The notes below the pieces were generated by a model, which had not been told where the DNA came from, did no database searches, and worked only from the letters and a program-made list of their open reading frames with translations. DNA of 64,000 nt from the human T2T-CHM13v2.0 reference genome, Homo sapiens. Positions 13,917-27,530 of the stretch are shown here, in pieces. How positions within the stretch are numbered: the first letter of the stretch is position 1; the number at the start of each line of letters is the position of its first letter. Made by a program: the position numbers and the translations under genes. The DNA lies in the NCBI RefSeq assembly GCF_009914755.1, contig NC_060935.1; one strand, 5' to 3'.

Positions 13917-14530
13917 GAGTGGATCGTTCATGAACCCGTAGGAAGAAAAGGAGCGATCACTAGGAAGCATCTTGGGTTCACCAAGTGGAAGTCCCGCCAC
14001 AATAAACTCCTTTCTCCGGCTGCTGGGTTTTCTAGACTGGTAGACGTGCAGGGCACGATGAACATGGCATATCTGGATTTCAGCAAGGCATTTTGTAAGG
14101 ACTCTGATGTAATCCTCAGGGACGAGATGGAGAATTGTGGATTAGACAGTAATAGAGTTAGATGGATTAGCAAACCAAGAGCAATGTGAGCCAACAGTGG
14201 GGTGAGGCTGCCAGGAAAGCAATGCAATCTTGGACTATATTAATCAAAGCACAGAGTGCAGAAGATGGGAGATAATGGTGTGGCCCTCTGTGCTTGGCAG
14301 TGGTCAGACCACATCTGGAGACTTGCGTTTCATTCTGGGAGCCACAATTGAGCAAGGACATTGACGAATGGGATAGCATTTGGAGGAGGGGGCCTGGGAT
14401 GCCCCAGGGTCTTGCTGTCATGCCAGACAAGGAGTGGTTGAGGGAGCTTGGGACTTTAACCTGGAAGAGAGAACACGGAAATGGATCCTGACAGCTGTTT
14501 TCAAATATTTAAAGGTCTGCCCTGGAAGAC
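13917..14530 (+). mobile_element. L3/CR1 LINE reverse-transcriptase remnant (frameshifted, internally deleted)
   Basis: Translates to CR1 motifs GFTK, YLDFSKAF and VRPHLETCVSFWEPQLSKDID...WLRELG (ORF 14294..14491). Confidence 0.85.
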
Positions 14531-14864
14531 TGAGTGGAAATATCAGATGCAGTGTTAGAAACTCAGCACTTGACAGCCAGGCAGATTTTGGTTCGGTCCA
14601 TAGTACCCTAGCAAGAAGTGGGAGGCTCTGAACCCTGCAAGAGCCCTGGAGGAAGAATTCAATGTGGTCTTGGCCTGATGCATCCTGTTCTACACTTTTC
14701 TGTCTTACCAAAAGTAAACCAATAAACCCTGTGCTAAGCCTGGAGGAGGATGGAGGGGTACAGTGGCGCATGGGACCCTGGCCTCAAGGAGCTTCTGTTT
14801 GAGTCAGAGTTGGATAAACAAACAACTGTTATTCATGGAAGGATCTAACTGTTTATAGGAGGAA

Positions 14865-14985
14865 GAGCACTTGATTGTAGGAAAAGAGGCCTGTTTACTG
14901 GTTCCTGTTCAGCTGCCAATTAGCTGTGTGACCTTGGGCAAATTATTGCATCTTTCTGTGTCTCCAGTTTCTTGTGTGTCAAAAC
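14865..14985 (+). mobile_element. MIR fragment
   Basis: tagctgtgtgaccttgggcaaattattgcatctttctgtgtctccagtttc. Confidence 0.75.
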
Positions 14986-15236
14986 AAATTTCTGGGGTGT
15001 GGCCCTCGACCTTTGCAGTGCACACTAACCAGCTAGGAAACATGTAACATGCAGCCCCTGCCTCACAGCATCAGTAGTCCTGGGGCAGGGTGGCCAGGTG
15101 ATTCTAATACAGGAGGCTCACGGATCACTGGAAGACACTGATAGAGTGAAGAAATAACATGGCCTTTATGAGAAGTTTTTCATTTGTTCTTGAGAGTGAG
15201 GAGGTGGGCTGGCAGAGAGACTGACCAGTTAGGAGG

Positions 15237-15563
15237 TGTCCTAGTCCATTTGGGCTGGGCAGGTTATAAACAACAATTTATTTCTCATGGTCCTGGAGGC
15301 TGGGAAGTCCAAGATCAAGGTGCCAGTAGATTCAGGGTCTGACACTTGCCCACTTCCTGGTTCATGGACAGTGGACTTCTGTGTCCTCACATGCTGGAAG
15401 GGCCAAGGGAGCTCTGAGGTCTCTTTTATAAGAGCACTAATCCCATCTATGTGGCCTCCACCCTCATAACCTAATCACCCGTACCTCCTAATACCATCAC
15501 CTTGGGGGTAAGGATGCCATCATATGGATTTTGTCGGGGGAAATAAACATTCAGTCCATTGCA
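15237..15563 (-). mobile_element. MLT1A/A0 solo LTR with 5-bp TSD GGAGG
   Basis: tgtcctagtccatttgggctg...ggaggctgggaagtccaagatcaaggtgcc...aacattcagtccattgca; ggagg at 15232-15236 and 15564-15568. Confidence 0.9.
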
Positions 15564-15974
15564 GGAGGCTACAGCCCCGAGCTGAGGAGGAAGGAATGTT
15601 AGTCAGACCTAGGGCAGTGGAAACCAAAGCACAGGGAAGGGTCTCATTGGAAAGCTAGAAGTAGCACGTCGTGGCATGTGGGAAGAGGAAGGGGACACAT
15701 GAAAGATGACTTTGCATGATGAAGCTTTACAACTGGCCTGGCAGATAGGCTTTCTTCCTTAGAGGTGGGAATGATGAAGGACCACAGCCGATGACCTGGG
15801 ACTGGAAATTCTGACCACTGATCTGGTACCCTCTGGGGAGGACAGTCCCTGCTCACAAACTTCCTGGCAGAGGGGATAGGTTTTTCTCTCACCATGAGCT
15901 CAGGGAAGTGGGGACCTCCGGGGAAGAACCCTAGCTGAGTAGGTTCTTGCCCAAGCTGGTTCCACTGTCTGGAG

Positions 15975-16117
15975 TCTCTCCTCTCCCACCACCCTCCCAC
16001 CCCCACCTCACTCCCTTTCTTTCTCTCTCCCTCCACCTTCTTTCTCTTCTTTCTCTCTCCTCCATTCCTTCTCCTTCTCTTTCTTCCTCCCCTGCCTCCT
16101 CCAGGCAGCAGCAGCAG
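15975..16117. repeat. Pyrimidine-rich low-complexity tract followed by (CAG)4
   Basis: About 125 nt almost only C/T, then cagcagcagcag at 16106-16117. Confidence 0.85.
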
Positions 16118-17274
16118 GGAAATAATGAGGTTGCCCAACTGGCGGTGCACGCACCATCAGGGTGTAGAATGAAGACGGATGACTGTAGCTAAGAGACAAT
16201 TTGAAAAGGGATAAATACAGGCAACAAGTTATTCACCACGGCAATTTGTAAAGAGCGTTAAAAACCTGCAGATGGGTTGTTTCACATCATCTCCTTTTCC
16301 ATTTGCAGGCTGACAGGCCCGGGTAAACGACAGTGATGGATGGCTTTGAGCTGGGCCCCTTAATCTACCACTCTGCCATTGATTAGTTTGGCTCGCACTG
16401 CACCCCGGGGTGGTGGACATGACCTGTCTCCTGGAATCGAGAGCCTGAGCTGGGCCTTGGACTTGGAGGGGTCTCCGTGGGGAGAGGGGGTGCAGGGCTG
16501 GTGGGAAGAATGGAGTGAGGAGCCAAGGGGCTGCCAAGGGTTTGGCACCAGAGACCCAGAGGCTGGCACAGAGCAGCAGGAGGTTTCTGCAGCTGAGGAT
16601 TTAGTTGATCAGGCAGAGATATCGGGACAGAGGAATAGCAGAGGTTGGGGATCAGAGTACAGCCCTCCAGCCCCAGCTTCCAGGAGACGCCTTGCCCCAC
16701 TCCATTGTGGCCTCGTCATGCTGCCCAGCAAGGGCTGGTGCTGAGCCCTCAAGGGCCCTTTTACAGACTACTTTTTGACTCTGTTTCCCAAGTTCCTTGC
16801 TGTGAATGAATCAGAAGGTAACATTGCACCAGTGTTATAAATGAGAGGAAAGAGTCCCACGGAGGAGGGGGTTATCATCATCTGGGTGGGGGCTCGTTCC
16901 AGGCTGAATTTAGGATGTCCAAAGTAAAGAGAGTATAGACAGAAAGCCCCTTGAGATGATATAGAGGCGGGAAGGGCACAGGATAGCAGGCTGCTGCAGA
17001 AGGGATCAAAAGATTACGAGCCATCAAAGACTACAAATTTAGGGCAAGGTGAGAATGCACAATTCCCTGTAGTGCCTAAGAAATTAGAGAGAGAAGAAAG
17101 ATTTGAGGAATAGATATGCTGCTATATTGGAAAAAGCATTACAGTAGGATTTGGGGGAATTTGGTCTTGCCTCTGCTCCCCATATAGCTTACTGTAGGGT
17201 GCTGAGCAATGGCAGAAACCTCCCTGGGCTTCTGCATCCCAAGTTTCAAAAGATAAATGTGGAAAATAGTAGCA

Positions 17275-17500
17275 GCTCTCACTTGTAGTGTGCTTTGACA
17301 TTTACAGAAGTGCTTTTTTTTTTTTTTTTTTTTTTTTTTGAGATCATGACCCCATTTGATCCTCTTAACAATCCAGAGAGGGAAGAAGGTAAGTATCACT
17401 GTTTCCATTTTAAGGTTGAACAAATAGAGGCTCAGAGAAGTTAAGTAACTTGACCAAGGTCACACAGCTTATAAGTGGTAGAGCCTGAGCTCCACCTCAA
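17275..17500 (-). mobile_element. MIR interrupted by a T26 tract (17314-17339)
   Basis: gaggctcagagaagttaagtaacttgaccaaggtcacacagct. Confidence 0.85.
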
Positions 17501-18224
17501 CCACACCATGTGACCACATGGCTGTGCAACTCCAGTGCTTAAGAGAAATGGGGCTAATGAAGTGCAGGTTAATCAAACTTCAAGCAAACCCTTACCTAAG
17601 TTTTAATCTTTAGAACAAAATATGTTTTTGTAAAACCTGGGAAATTATTGCCCACTGGTCCATGAGTCTGAGTGCTCCTGAAATCCCCGGTCTTGCCAGA
17701 AGGATGATGAGAATACAGATCAGGATTAGTTTCCTTAGAAACGGATTGAACACAGAATGAGGTGACCAGTCCTGGGGTCTGGCATCCTTACAGCTTGCTC
17801 CCTATTTGAAGCCTCACTGTTCTCTAAAATCTGGTTCAGGGCTCACCTCCTCCTTGAAGACCTCCCTGACTACCACAGCCACAATGAGGACTCCTCCTCT
17901 GGGAGCTCACAGCCTGCACTAGTGAAAGCAATGGTTGATCACATACTGCTTGTATTGCTGGTTAGGCCAAATGTTCTGGGATCTGCTTAATAAATGCAGC
18001 TGCCTGTGCTTATGTTGGAGAGAGTTGGGATCAGGGGCTTTTATAGCACCCCCCACCACACACACAACCCAAGCATTGACCCTGAGAGAATCAGGATTAA
18101 TGAGTTGAACCCTCTCTGGGCAACTAAGTACCTGTCTGCCCTTGAACAGGTCACTTTGCCCTGCATGGGTTTGTGGTTCTTGCCTGTAAATTATAGGGGT
18201 GATGGTGGTATAGAAAAATGACCC

Positions 18225-18398
18225 AGGTCATTGGCTGTCGGCCCTGGCTGTCCATCAGAAACACCTGTGGGGTTTCTAAAATACAGAACACTGGGTCTGA
18301 TTTCAGCCCTCCTGAATCAGTGTCTCAGGAAAAAATTGGCCTTTTAAAAAAAAGCTTCACAGCTGATTTCAATGTTCATCAGGGTTCAGAAACAGCGA
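18225..18398. mobile_element. MER5A-like hAT MITE
   Basis: tggctgtccatcagaaacacctgtgggg...ctgaatcag...agcttcacagctgatttcaatg...ggttcagaaac. Confidence 0.7.
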
Positions 18399-18509
18399 CC
18401 TCCAAGGAGAATCCCAGCAGCCGTCATCAATTGAGTTCTCCTGTGAGTTGGGCACTGCACTAAGCCTTTATACACGCCTTATCATATTTCACTGACTACA
18501 GCCTGGCTA

Positions 18510-18955
18510 CTTTCTGAGGTCGGGTCCCCCCAGGAAACAGACTCTGAGACAGAGTGTTGTGGGCAGGAAGATTTCTGGGGAGCCCTCCCAGAGAACAACA
18601 TCTGTACGGGAGCGAGGGATGCAAGATTGGCCAGAGGAAGCAGGTGAACTGTGTTTAGAGCTGTGTTGTAATTAAGCATAGTTAAAGGCCTTATCCCATC
18701 CCAGTGCTGAGGCTGGGATAGTCTTTCAGTAAAACAGAGGCAGCAGAGCCAAGCCTCTGTGTCTCACATGGACCAGTCTTCTGGGACAGGCTGCTTTTGG
18801 GTGCCTACCCTGAGGGAGGATGCCTACTGCTGGGGAGGGCAGCTTCTTTCTGCCAAGGCCTTCCTGCAGAGGATTCCACTGCGAGCCAGCAGCAGGTAGT
18901 GCCAGGCAGCTGCAGGAGGCACCTGAGAAGGCATCTGCATGGCTGACCACAACAT
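18510..18955 (-). mobile_element. LTR16-like ERVL LTR
   Basis: aggtcgggtcccccaggaaacagactctgagacagag...gggagcgagggatgcaagattggccagagg. Confidence 0.7.
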
Positions 18956-19159
18956 CCGCTAGGTTATGACACCTATGGATGGAAGTGAAGGTGCAGAGAT
19001 GAACTTGTCTAAGCTCACAGCATTCATATGGGGCGGAATTGAGATCTCAGCCTAGGTCAACTCCGAATCCTATATTCTTTTCTCATGGTTCAAAGCCACA
19101 CAATTATATCAGAAACATTTGCATAAAAATTGAAACACTAGTTCCCTATCCCTCCATCC

Positions 19160-19161
<2 letters not shown>

Positions 19162-19199
<38 letters not shown>

Positions 19200-19206
19200 C
19201 ACACAC
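19162..19206. repeat. (CA)n microsatellite
   Basis: Directly visible. Confidence 0.95.
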
Positions 19207-22200
19207 GCCATGTTAAAGGGAAGCTAGAAGGGCCAAGACTAAAGTTGCAGGAATAAGGGACTAAAGAGATTAAACGAAGCTATGGCAGCAATGGTAGGAC
19301 AAGCCTAGGTCTGTCAAACTCAATTTTGTTCCAATATTAAGTGTATCTTAATAAAAAGTATTTGCGACTTTGCCTTAGCTCACACACCACAGCAGGATTG
19401 ACTGTTATTCTTCAGAATAACATGCTTTAACATTTGTGTATTTGCTGGGCCATCTCCAAGGGCATTTGATGGAGCCCTCTGAAGGCTGCCAGGGCCTTTG
19501 GTCCCACTGATGGGGGCACATGGCCTGATTCCTTCTTCTCCAGGTCCCCCTCTCCATGCCCTGGCCTGAGGGGTGATTGGGGAGTTTAGGATGGTTGGCA
19601 GCCCGCTCAGGTCCCCTTGCTGGGCCACTGATGGGGGCTTGCTGGCCCCCTATGTGCAGGCCTGAGCAGGCTGGGTCTCAGCCCAAGATGGCGGTAACAG
19701 GGCTGCACTGGGCGTTTCCATTTGATTCAAGGCCGCTGAAGGCAGAATGGGAGAGGAAGCAGCTGGGAGCAGGGGGAGGCAATCAGCTGGCCTAGTGCAG
19801 ACACCAAAATAGATGTGGGGGTTGGTGGAGAAGGCAGGGGCAGAGGTGTGAACACACCTTGGTGAAAGCCAGCTCCAGGGGAGCCAGGAGAGGGAGAGCA
19901 GGCCTGGGGGTGGTCTAGACAAGGCCTGAACCCCCTCAGCCAGGGGGACACTGTTGGGGTCCCCAAAGGCCTGTGCATTCGAGCACTGTCTGGTCCCTGC
20001 TCATTCTCATCTCCCCTGTTCCCTCACCCTTCTTTATTTACTCACTTGTCCCAGCATGATGAGGGGCCCTGAGTGCAGGGGCAGGTCTGTTGGAATCCTC
20101 TGAGTCCTCATCACCCAGCCCATGCCTGGCATACAGTACTTAGGAAGTATTTCTTAAATGAGTGGATTTCCTCATTTATTCATCCACTTTTATTCATTCA
20201 ACTATTCATTCATTCATTCATGAAGCACTTGAGTCTTCTAAAGGCACACTGGCAGCTCCCAAAGGCATTTAGAGCATGAATATTGGCCCCTTGGGGTTAA
20301 AATCTGGTTGGGGAGTTTAGGATGGGCTTGGGCGTGAGGGGCTCAGAGGTGAAGTGAGTGAGCTGCTCAGCCTGAGAGTCCAGGCAGGGGTGAGGGGCAA
20401 TCACTGCCAGCTGGCCTGGCCTGGGAAATTCTCCTGCATGAAGCTGGACACAGCAGCATGCAGGATTTGGGGAGGAGGAGGGGGAAAGGGCAGCCCAGGT
20501 AGGAGTCAGGAATGAGTGGGAAGAGGCCATAGATCAGGTGAGGCCAGGAGGGGAGGATGCAGCATCTTCCCTGGCTGTCCTAGCAGACGGCAGCCTTGAT
20601 CTCTGCAGACTGCCTGGCGAACTGCTTTCTCGAGTCTGCCTGGGCGTGGACTAGAATTGGGTGTGCTCACCCGGAAGCAGCACACACCAAGCAGGGTCTG
20701 TTCTGAGGGCCTCAAAATGACCTAGAAAGTGATTTTGAAGAATATGCATCCCAGAATGAGCAGGCCCGTGGAGAGCCAGGTGTCACTGGCAACCAGTCAT
20801 CACACTGGGCTGTGACTGCCTGAGAATGACTCATGGGTGACCAATCAGAAGGCAGCTTTGGAGTGGATAAAAATGACCTCCTCCCAAAATGGAAGAGAAA
20901 GCATCTGGTCACTCAGACCCCCCTGCCCCTCCACCCCCTGCCCCTGCCCCACCCTGTCCTCAACTATCAGGCAGGCATGAGCCTTTACATCCACATAGTC
21001 ACTGAGGTTCTAGGAGTGCCAGGCACCCATGCTGCTGTGCTGTGGAGATCTAATCCTCTCGGTGTCTTCCCACCTCCTGCCTGGGGGGATTCTAGCCAGC
21101 CACCTACTTCTCATGGAGGAGGGTCTGTGGGGTCCCTGACTGAGCCTGCTGGAACGCGCCTGTGTCTAGGTGAATTCTAACTGTGCAGGTGAGGGGCTGT
21201 GCAGCTCATGTCCTCACCCCCTTCTCATCTCTTCCACCTTCTCGGGAAGCCAAGTCACAGGGAAGAGGGTGGGAGATTCAGACCCCTTCACCCCCACTAG
21301 TTGGCAACCCTCAGAAAAGGGCAGGTTTCTTCATTGACCTCTGGGGAAATGACTGCTTATCCCCAGTGAATAGGAGAAGCAACTGGGCGTGAGCTCCAAT
21401 TCCAGGCTCCCAGGTAGGGGTTTGCAAAGGGCTATTCTCTATCCCGGGCCCCTGTTTCGGTCTTGCCAGGATGCATGGACAGGGTGGCCCAGGGAAGGAG
21501 GAAGCCTGAAATTCTTAGGGCACCATACTGCAGAAGCACCTGCCCAGGAGGAAAGGGGTACTGCTATTCTCTCTCCACCAGAGTCAACCCCATCCCCCAC
21601 TGCCATTTCTCTTCCCTCCAACCCTATCCACTGGCCGAGACCCAAGTTTCCAGCAAGGGCTGAGCTTGCCTGGTCCCCTGAGCAGTCAGGATCGTTGCCT
21701 GGCTGTGTTTCTTCCATAGGAGGCAATCTTGTCATCGGGCACACTTAGCACCCCCAGGGAACTCCCTGAGCCCTTAGCCTGAGGGGGAGGTGGAGAATTT
21801 TATCACCAGAGCAAAGGCCACCCACAGCAGGAGGGGAGAGAAGGGGAAAGGTTTCTGGGACACACCACTCCGAATAGCTTTGGCAGTTTTGAAGGTCACT
21901 TTTTTCCCCTTCCACCAAAGAATTTAATTAGGCTTCCATAAAGCAGTTAGATTTCGGAGCAGAACATTTTTAGCTCCCCTGCTAGGTGTGCTCATGAATA
22001 TTGAAGACCAGGAAAGAAGGCAAGAGGCAGGAGCGGCCAGCTCACACCCCTGCCTTGATTCCCTGGGGACCGGGACGCTTGGGCACAGGAAGGGGGCAGC
22101 TGGGTTCCTGGGTTGGGGGGCCCATGCAGCCTCCAGCAGCCCCGTGTCATTGAGCATTGGAGGTCACATCTTATTCCATCAGTCAGGACCTAGGGAGGTG

Positions 22201-23058
22201 CACCCCGCAGTGCCGCATGGCTGGTGAAGGCAGGGTGGTGCGGGCCTGTGGGCACAGGTGGCAGCAGAGTGTGCCAGGCCTGGAAAGGCCACTGAGGACT
22301 TGCTCCAGGCCATCGCCTATTGATCCCACCATCCTGGGAAGACAGGGCTGTTTGCCGTTAGCAGTACCAAATGCCAAGGGCAGGCTTTGGTGGGGGTTCC
22401 TGCAGCAAAGAGAACCCCCCTTCTCCAAATGGGGCATGGCTGGGTCACTTCAGAGAGCAGAGGGTGATCAAGTCAAATTGACTCCAGAGGACACAAAGAT
22501 AGACCCAAACATGCCTTCTAGAGGTTTCTGGTGGAGCCCAGAAACAAGACACGCTTCCCAGAGGTGTCTAACAAAGCAAGTGGACAGGCCCAAACATGCT
22601 ATAGACAGTGGGTGGATTCTTAGGTCCGAGGAATGTGGGTGGGTGGGGAATGGTAGAGAGAAAACTGCTCCAGGGCTCAGAGCTGTACACTGCCAGCCTG
22701 AGGAGCCTCCTCCAACAGGTCTGCTGTGAAGCCGGCTGGACCTCAGCTTCTTGCACATTCCCACAGTGCATTCTGCTTTCCAGGCACATACCTGCACATG
22801 GTCCCACGGGAGCCTCACTCACAGTATCCCTGAGCAAAAGATGGGGACACTGAGGTCTTGTGGATGTCATCTCTGGGGCACTCTGATTCCATCCCTTACC
22901 TGAGGTCATGGAGCTGATAAACAGTAGGACTGGCTCTTGAACCCAGGTTTTGGGCACCCACCCAGTGCATTTTCGCCTCAGTAGTCACAGTTCTGTTCAC
23001 AGACAAGGCGAAGACTCTGGTAATATGGCTTTAGGATATGTCAGGGGGAAGTTACCAC

Positions 23059-23419
23059 TGTATCTTACAGGGCTATGTCCAGGCTGCTATAGCAAAATAC
23101 CCCATACCAGGTGGCTTAGACAACAGACATTTATTGCTCACAGTTCTGGAGGTCAGGCAGTCCAAGATCAAAGTGCCGGATGATTCAGTTCCTGGTGAGG
23201 GGCCACCTCCTGGCATACAGATGGCCATCTTTTCATGGTAGAAACAGAGCACGAGCAAGCTCTGTGGTCTCTTCTTACAAGGGCACTAATCCCATCATGA
23301 GGGCCCCACCCTCATGACCTCATCTAAACCTAATCACCTCCCAAAGGCAAATACCATCACATTGGAGGTTAGGGCTTCAACAGATGGATTTTGAGAGGGA
23401 AACCATTCAGTCCTTAGCT
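23059..23419 (-). mobile_element. MLT1A-type solo LTR
   Basis: ggctgctatagcaaaatacc...ctcacagttctggagg...gggcactaatcccatcatgagggccccaccctcatgacctcatctaaacc...cattcagtcc. Confidence 0.9.
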
Positions 23420-25160
23420 GTCTACTAGATCCAGACCCACTGGCCAGCGCTGATTCCATGTGATAGAAAGTAACACCCCTGCCCCCAACCACCCTCCGCA
23501 GCAGGAAAGCGAGGCTCAGAGAGGGGCCAGGGTGCAGGGAGCCCGATTCACATACATGTTTAGCTTTATTTAGTCAGCAAATCCTAAGCACTCGCCAAGG
23601 CCAGACACTGTGCCAGGTGCTTAGATCCTAGAAGTACAAGGAGCCCAAATGATATGGAATGGGAACACAGTACATCTGTGAACCTGGAAAAGGGGGAAGG
23701 CTTCCCAAAGGATGGCATCCAAGTTGTTGGTTCTGATGCATGAAGCTCAGGCCCAGCATTGGTGGATGAGGTGAGGGGAAGGGAGGCAGCATATTTCTGG
23801 GCTCAGAGTTGGGGCTGTGCTCCCAGGTGGCTGCCTCTCCCTCCTGATTTTACTCACCTGCCTACAGGGGCCCTCCTGATCCCCAGCCCAATGCAGCATG
23901 GCAGGAGCCAATGGTTAGGTCACTGATCCAGGAGAGGAGAGGGCTGTAGGAAAGACGGCTGGTTTGCTGGGGTGCTATTTGCGCGTTCAGCTTTTTGGTA
24001 GTGCACTGAAGGCCCATGCAGTAATAAATCTGTCCCTCTGCTGAGGCTAGGTTTGAACAACTGAGCAGTGTGTGCAGGGTGTCTGAGCTGGCTAGGGGCT
24101 GCCCAGCTGCTGCAGCCCAGTGGGGCAATGGTGTTGTCCAACCAGTTCAATTTTTTATTTGGGAAATGGAGGCCTCACCAAGGTCTTGGGATGTATTATT
24201 CGTGAATGTCAAAGAGAATATATTTTACCCTTGGTTTCTTCATGGCCTTGCTTTGTGATCTGGAGCAGAATTCCTACCCTCTCTGGACCTGTTGTCTCTT
24301 GATGACAGGATGATGACAAGAGCCCCAGCAACACCTGCTTCTGAGCACTTGAAATTTTTCTGCAGTCTTGGTTTCTTCATCTCAGTGAGGCCTTGCTCCC
24401 AAGGTAGCCCTGCCATTTGGGCTCAGGAGCCTGAGGAGCCCTGAAGCTCCACCCAGGTCTGTATTCAGGGCCCCACCTCTCCTCTCAAAGACATGTGTGA
24501 TCCTGGGCCAGAGGCTTGCCCTTCAGGGTTTCCTCCAGCTCCTGAGCCTTCTGGGCAGACAAGGGCCACACTTGCAGCTGTGGACATCCCTCTGGGTGAT
24601 GTCGGGAGATGCCTACAGCTCAAATTTGCAGAGAGCAAACAGACTTCCATAGCACAGAGGCCCTTTGCCCACCTGGGAAGCTGCCTGTGGCTCCTATCCA
24701 GCCCTCCCCCTCTGCCCTCCCCTTCTCCTGCTCACCAGCTGTGCTCCCTGGCCATCCGGCTGTCTTGCCTATGGAAAAGCCCATGGCACATGCTCCCAAC
24801 CTTGTCAGCTTGAAATTAAAGACTTGCTCCACAGAGCTGGTCCTCTCCAGAGACCTGCACTTTGATTATCCCCTCGGAAGGAGCAGCTGATTTGGTTTCT
24901 GCGTGGTGCTCCAAGGAGTGGTGTTGGGAGGCAGGGGAGGGAGAGGGAAGAGGCAGAGGCGTGAGGGGCTGGGGCGATGTTTGCCTCCTGGAGCACAACA
25001 CCTTGCAGAGCTGAGGAACTTCTGCAGCAATGCCAGGCGTTGCCAGGAGCAAACTGACCTCACGTTTTTTGATGATTATTGGGCCAGCTTGAAGGAATAT
25101 TGCCACGAAGTGTGTTATGAGGTTGATTAGAATGGACTGACTTGATGATCCTAAGAGAAA

Positions 25161-25495
<335 letters not shown>

Positions 25496-25500
25496 TCAGC

Positions 25501-25877
<377 letters not shown>

Positions 25878-26449
25878 TCAAGAGCCATGTCCTCTCCCCA
25901 CACATGTGGCTCACAGCCCTAAGAGGTGGAAGGGCCTTGCTTTAGGGCGCAGTGAGGAATGGCTGCAGGTGCTTGGTGCTGGGCATGTGTGTTTTGAGTG
26001 CCCGGGTGTGTTTCTGTCTGTGTATGTAACACACGTGTCAACTGGGACCTATGATGCTGGCTGGAACTCCCTTTTCATATCCTAGGGAAGTTCAATGTTT
26101 TATCCTGAGATTTCTAAGAATTTCCAGAGAGGGGAGTGAGCTTGAGTTCTCATGAGGGTCTTGGCTCCAAGCTGATGCTCGTGCTGAATTTGTTCAGCTT
26201 GTGGATACATTTCCTCATGCTGGTCCACAGCTGCAGTTTGACTTAGATGTAGGATTCAATCTCTCCTTCACATTCGACCCCAAAACAATTCCCATAAGGC
26301 ATTAACATCAGCGTCAGACTGGACTGAAGGTGTGGTGTGGGACAAAAGAAACTGTTTTGGGGGGTCAGTATCTGTTGAAAGGTGGGGAAAAAATAGCACA
26401 TGTAAAAGCATGAGAAACAAAAATATTTGGATTGAATTGATATAAACCA

Positions 26450-26860
26450 CTTTTTAAAACATCTTAACAGTGTATTAAGGTATAATTTAAAAAACTGTCC
26501 ATATTTCAAGTGTTCAATTTGCCAAGTTTTGACATCTAGATCTAGATCTCTATTTAGATATACACATATAGATATACACACATTCCTCTGAACCTGAGTC
26601 AAGAGGTTCCTCTTCCCTGACACGTGGCTCACAGCCCCAAGAGGTGGGAGGGCCTCACTTTAGGGTGCAAGGCAAAGAGGAGAGGCTGCAGGTGCTTGGT
26701 GTTAGGTGTGTGTGTTAACAAGGGCACCATCCCCAGAAGTTTCCTCCTCTCCTCACCCTGGGCAACCACTGATCACTATGAATTGGTTTGCATTTTCTAG
26801 ATGTTTCTATACAAATGGAATCATGCAGTCTCTTTTTGAGACAGAGAGGTTTCATATCTC
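26450..26860 (-). mobile_element. Old L1M 3' fragment, interrupted at ~26597-26716
   Basis: tattaaggtataattta...catatttcaagtgttcaattt...ttttgaca, resuming caccatccccagaagtttcc...ggcaaccactgatc...aaatggaatcatgcag. Confidence 0.7.
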
Positions 26861-27294
26861 AAAATCTGCAAGCAGTTCCATGTTGAATATTTGACACACT
26901 CATCCTTAGAAAGTCCTCTGCCTCTGTCTTCCACCTTGGTTCTCTGCAGCACCCACCCTGCTGGGCTTTCTTTCTTTCCCCTGCCCCCAAATTTTGTCTC
27001 AATTTCAATGCAGAGCAGTTCAGCCATCTTTTTGTTTCCTTGACTTTTGCTAATCCATATCCTCAGAGGCTTATCAAGGTAGTTTCCTGAACAAAAGACA
27101 CTTTCCTCCCTAAGATCAATTCCACTGCCAGCTGTTAGGATAATGTTTTTTTATCCTCTTCTGCACTGTGTGAGTGTGTGCCCTTGTGTGTAAGTGTGTG
27201 CCTGAATGGGCACTGTCAGAGAGCGTGTAGGAGTGTTTAGTCTGTGAACATCTGGGGGTATAAATGTGGGTGGGGCAAAGGGGGGCTATTTTTT

Positions 27295-27530
27295 TAAACA
27301 TTTATTGGTGCCTACCTGTACCAGAACTAAGCTAAGTGCTTTTGTATATTATCTCATTTAGTCCTCACGGCAAACATGTGACCTAGGAATAATGATTCAC
27401 TTTAACAGATGGGAAAATGAAATTCAAAGGGGCTAAATAAATTGTCCACAGACACACAGCAACTAAATGGCAGAAGCAGAGCTAAACCTGAGTCTTTTGG
27501 GCTCCAGCCTCAGTGCTCATTCCTGTGCAC
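27295..27530 (-). mobile_element. MIR
   Basis: aacatttattggtgcctacc...ctcatttagtcctcac...acagatgggaaaatga...cacacagc. Confidence 0.75.

Noticed and set aside
17314-17344. T26 followed by gaga as an extremely truncated Alu
   Set aside because: No TSD visible; slippage expansion of a T run within the MIR is simpler
22157-22729. 190-aa ORF
   Set aside because: Non-ATG start, no recognisable family or exon structure
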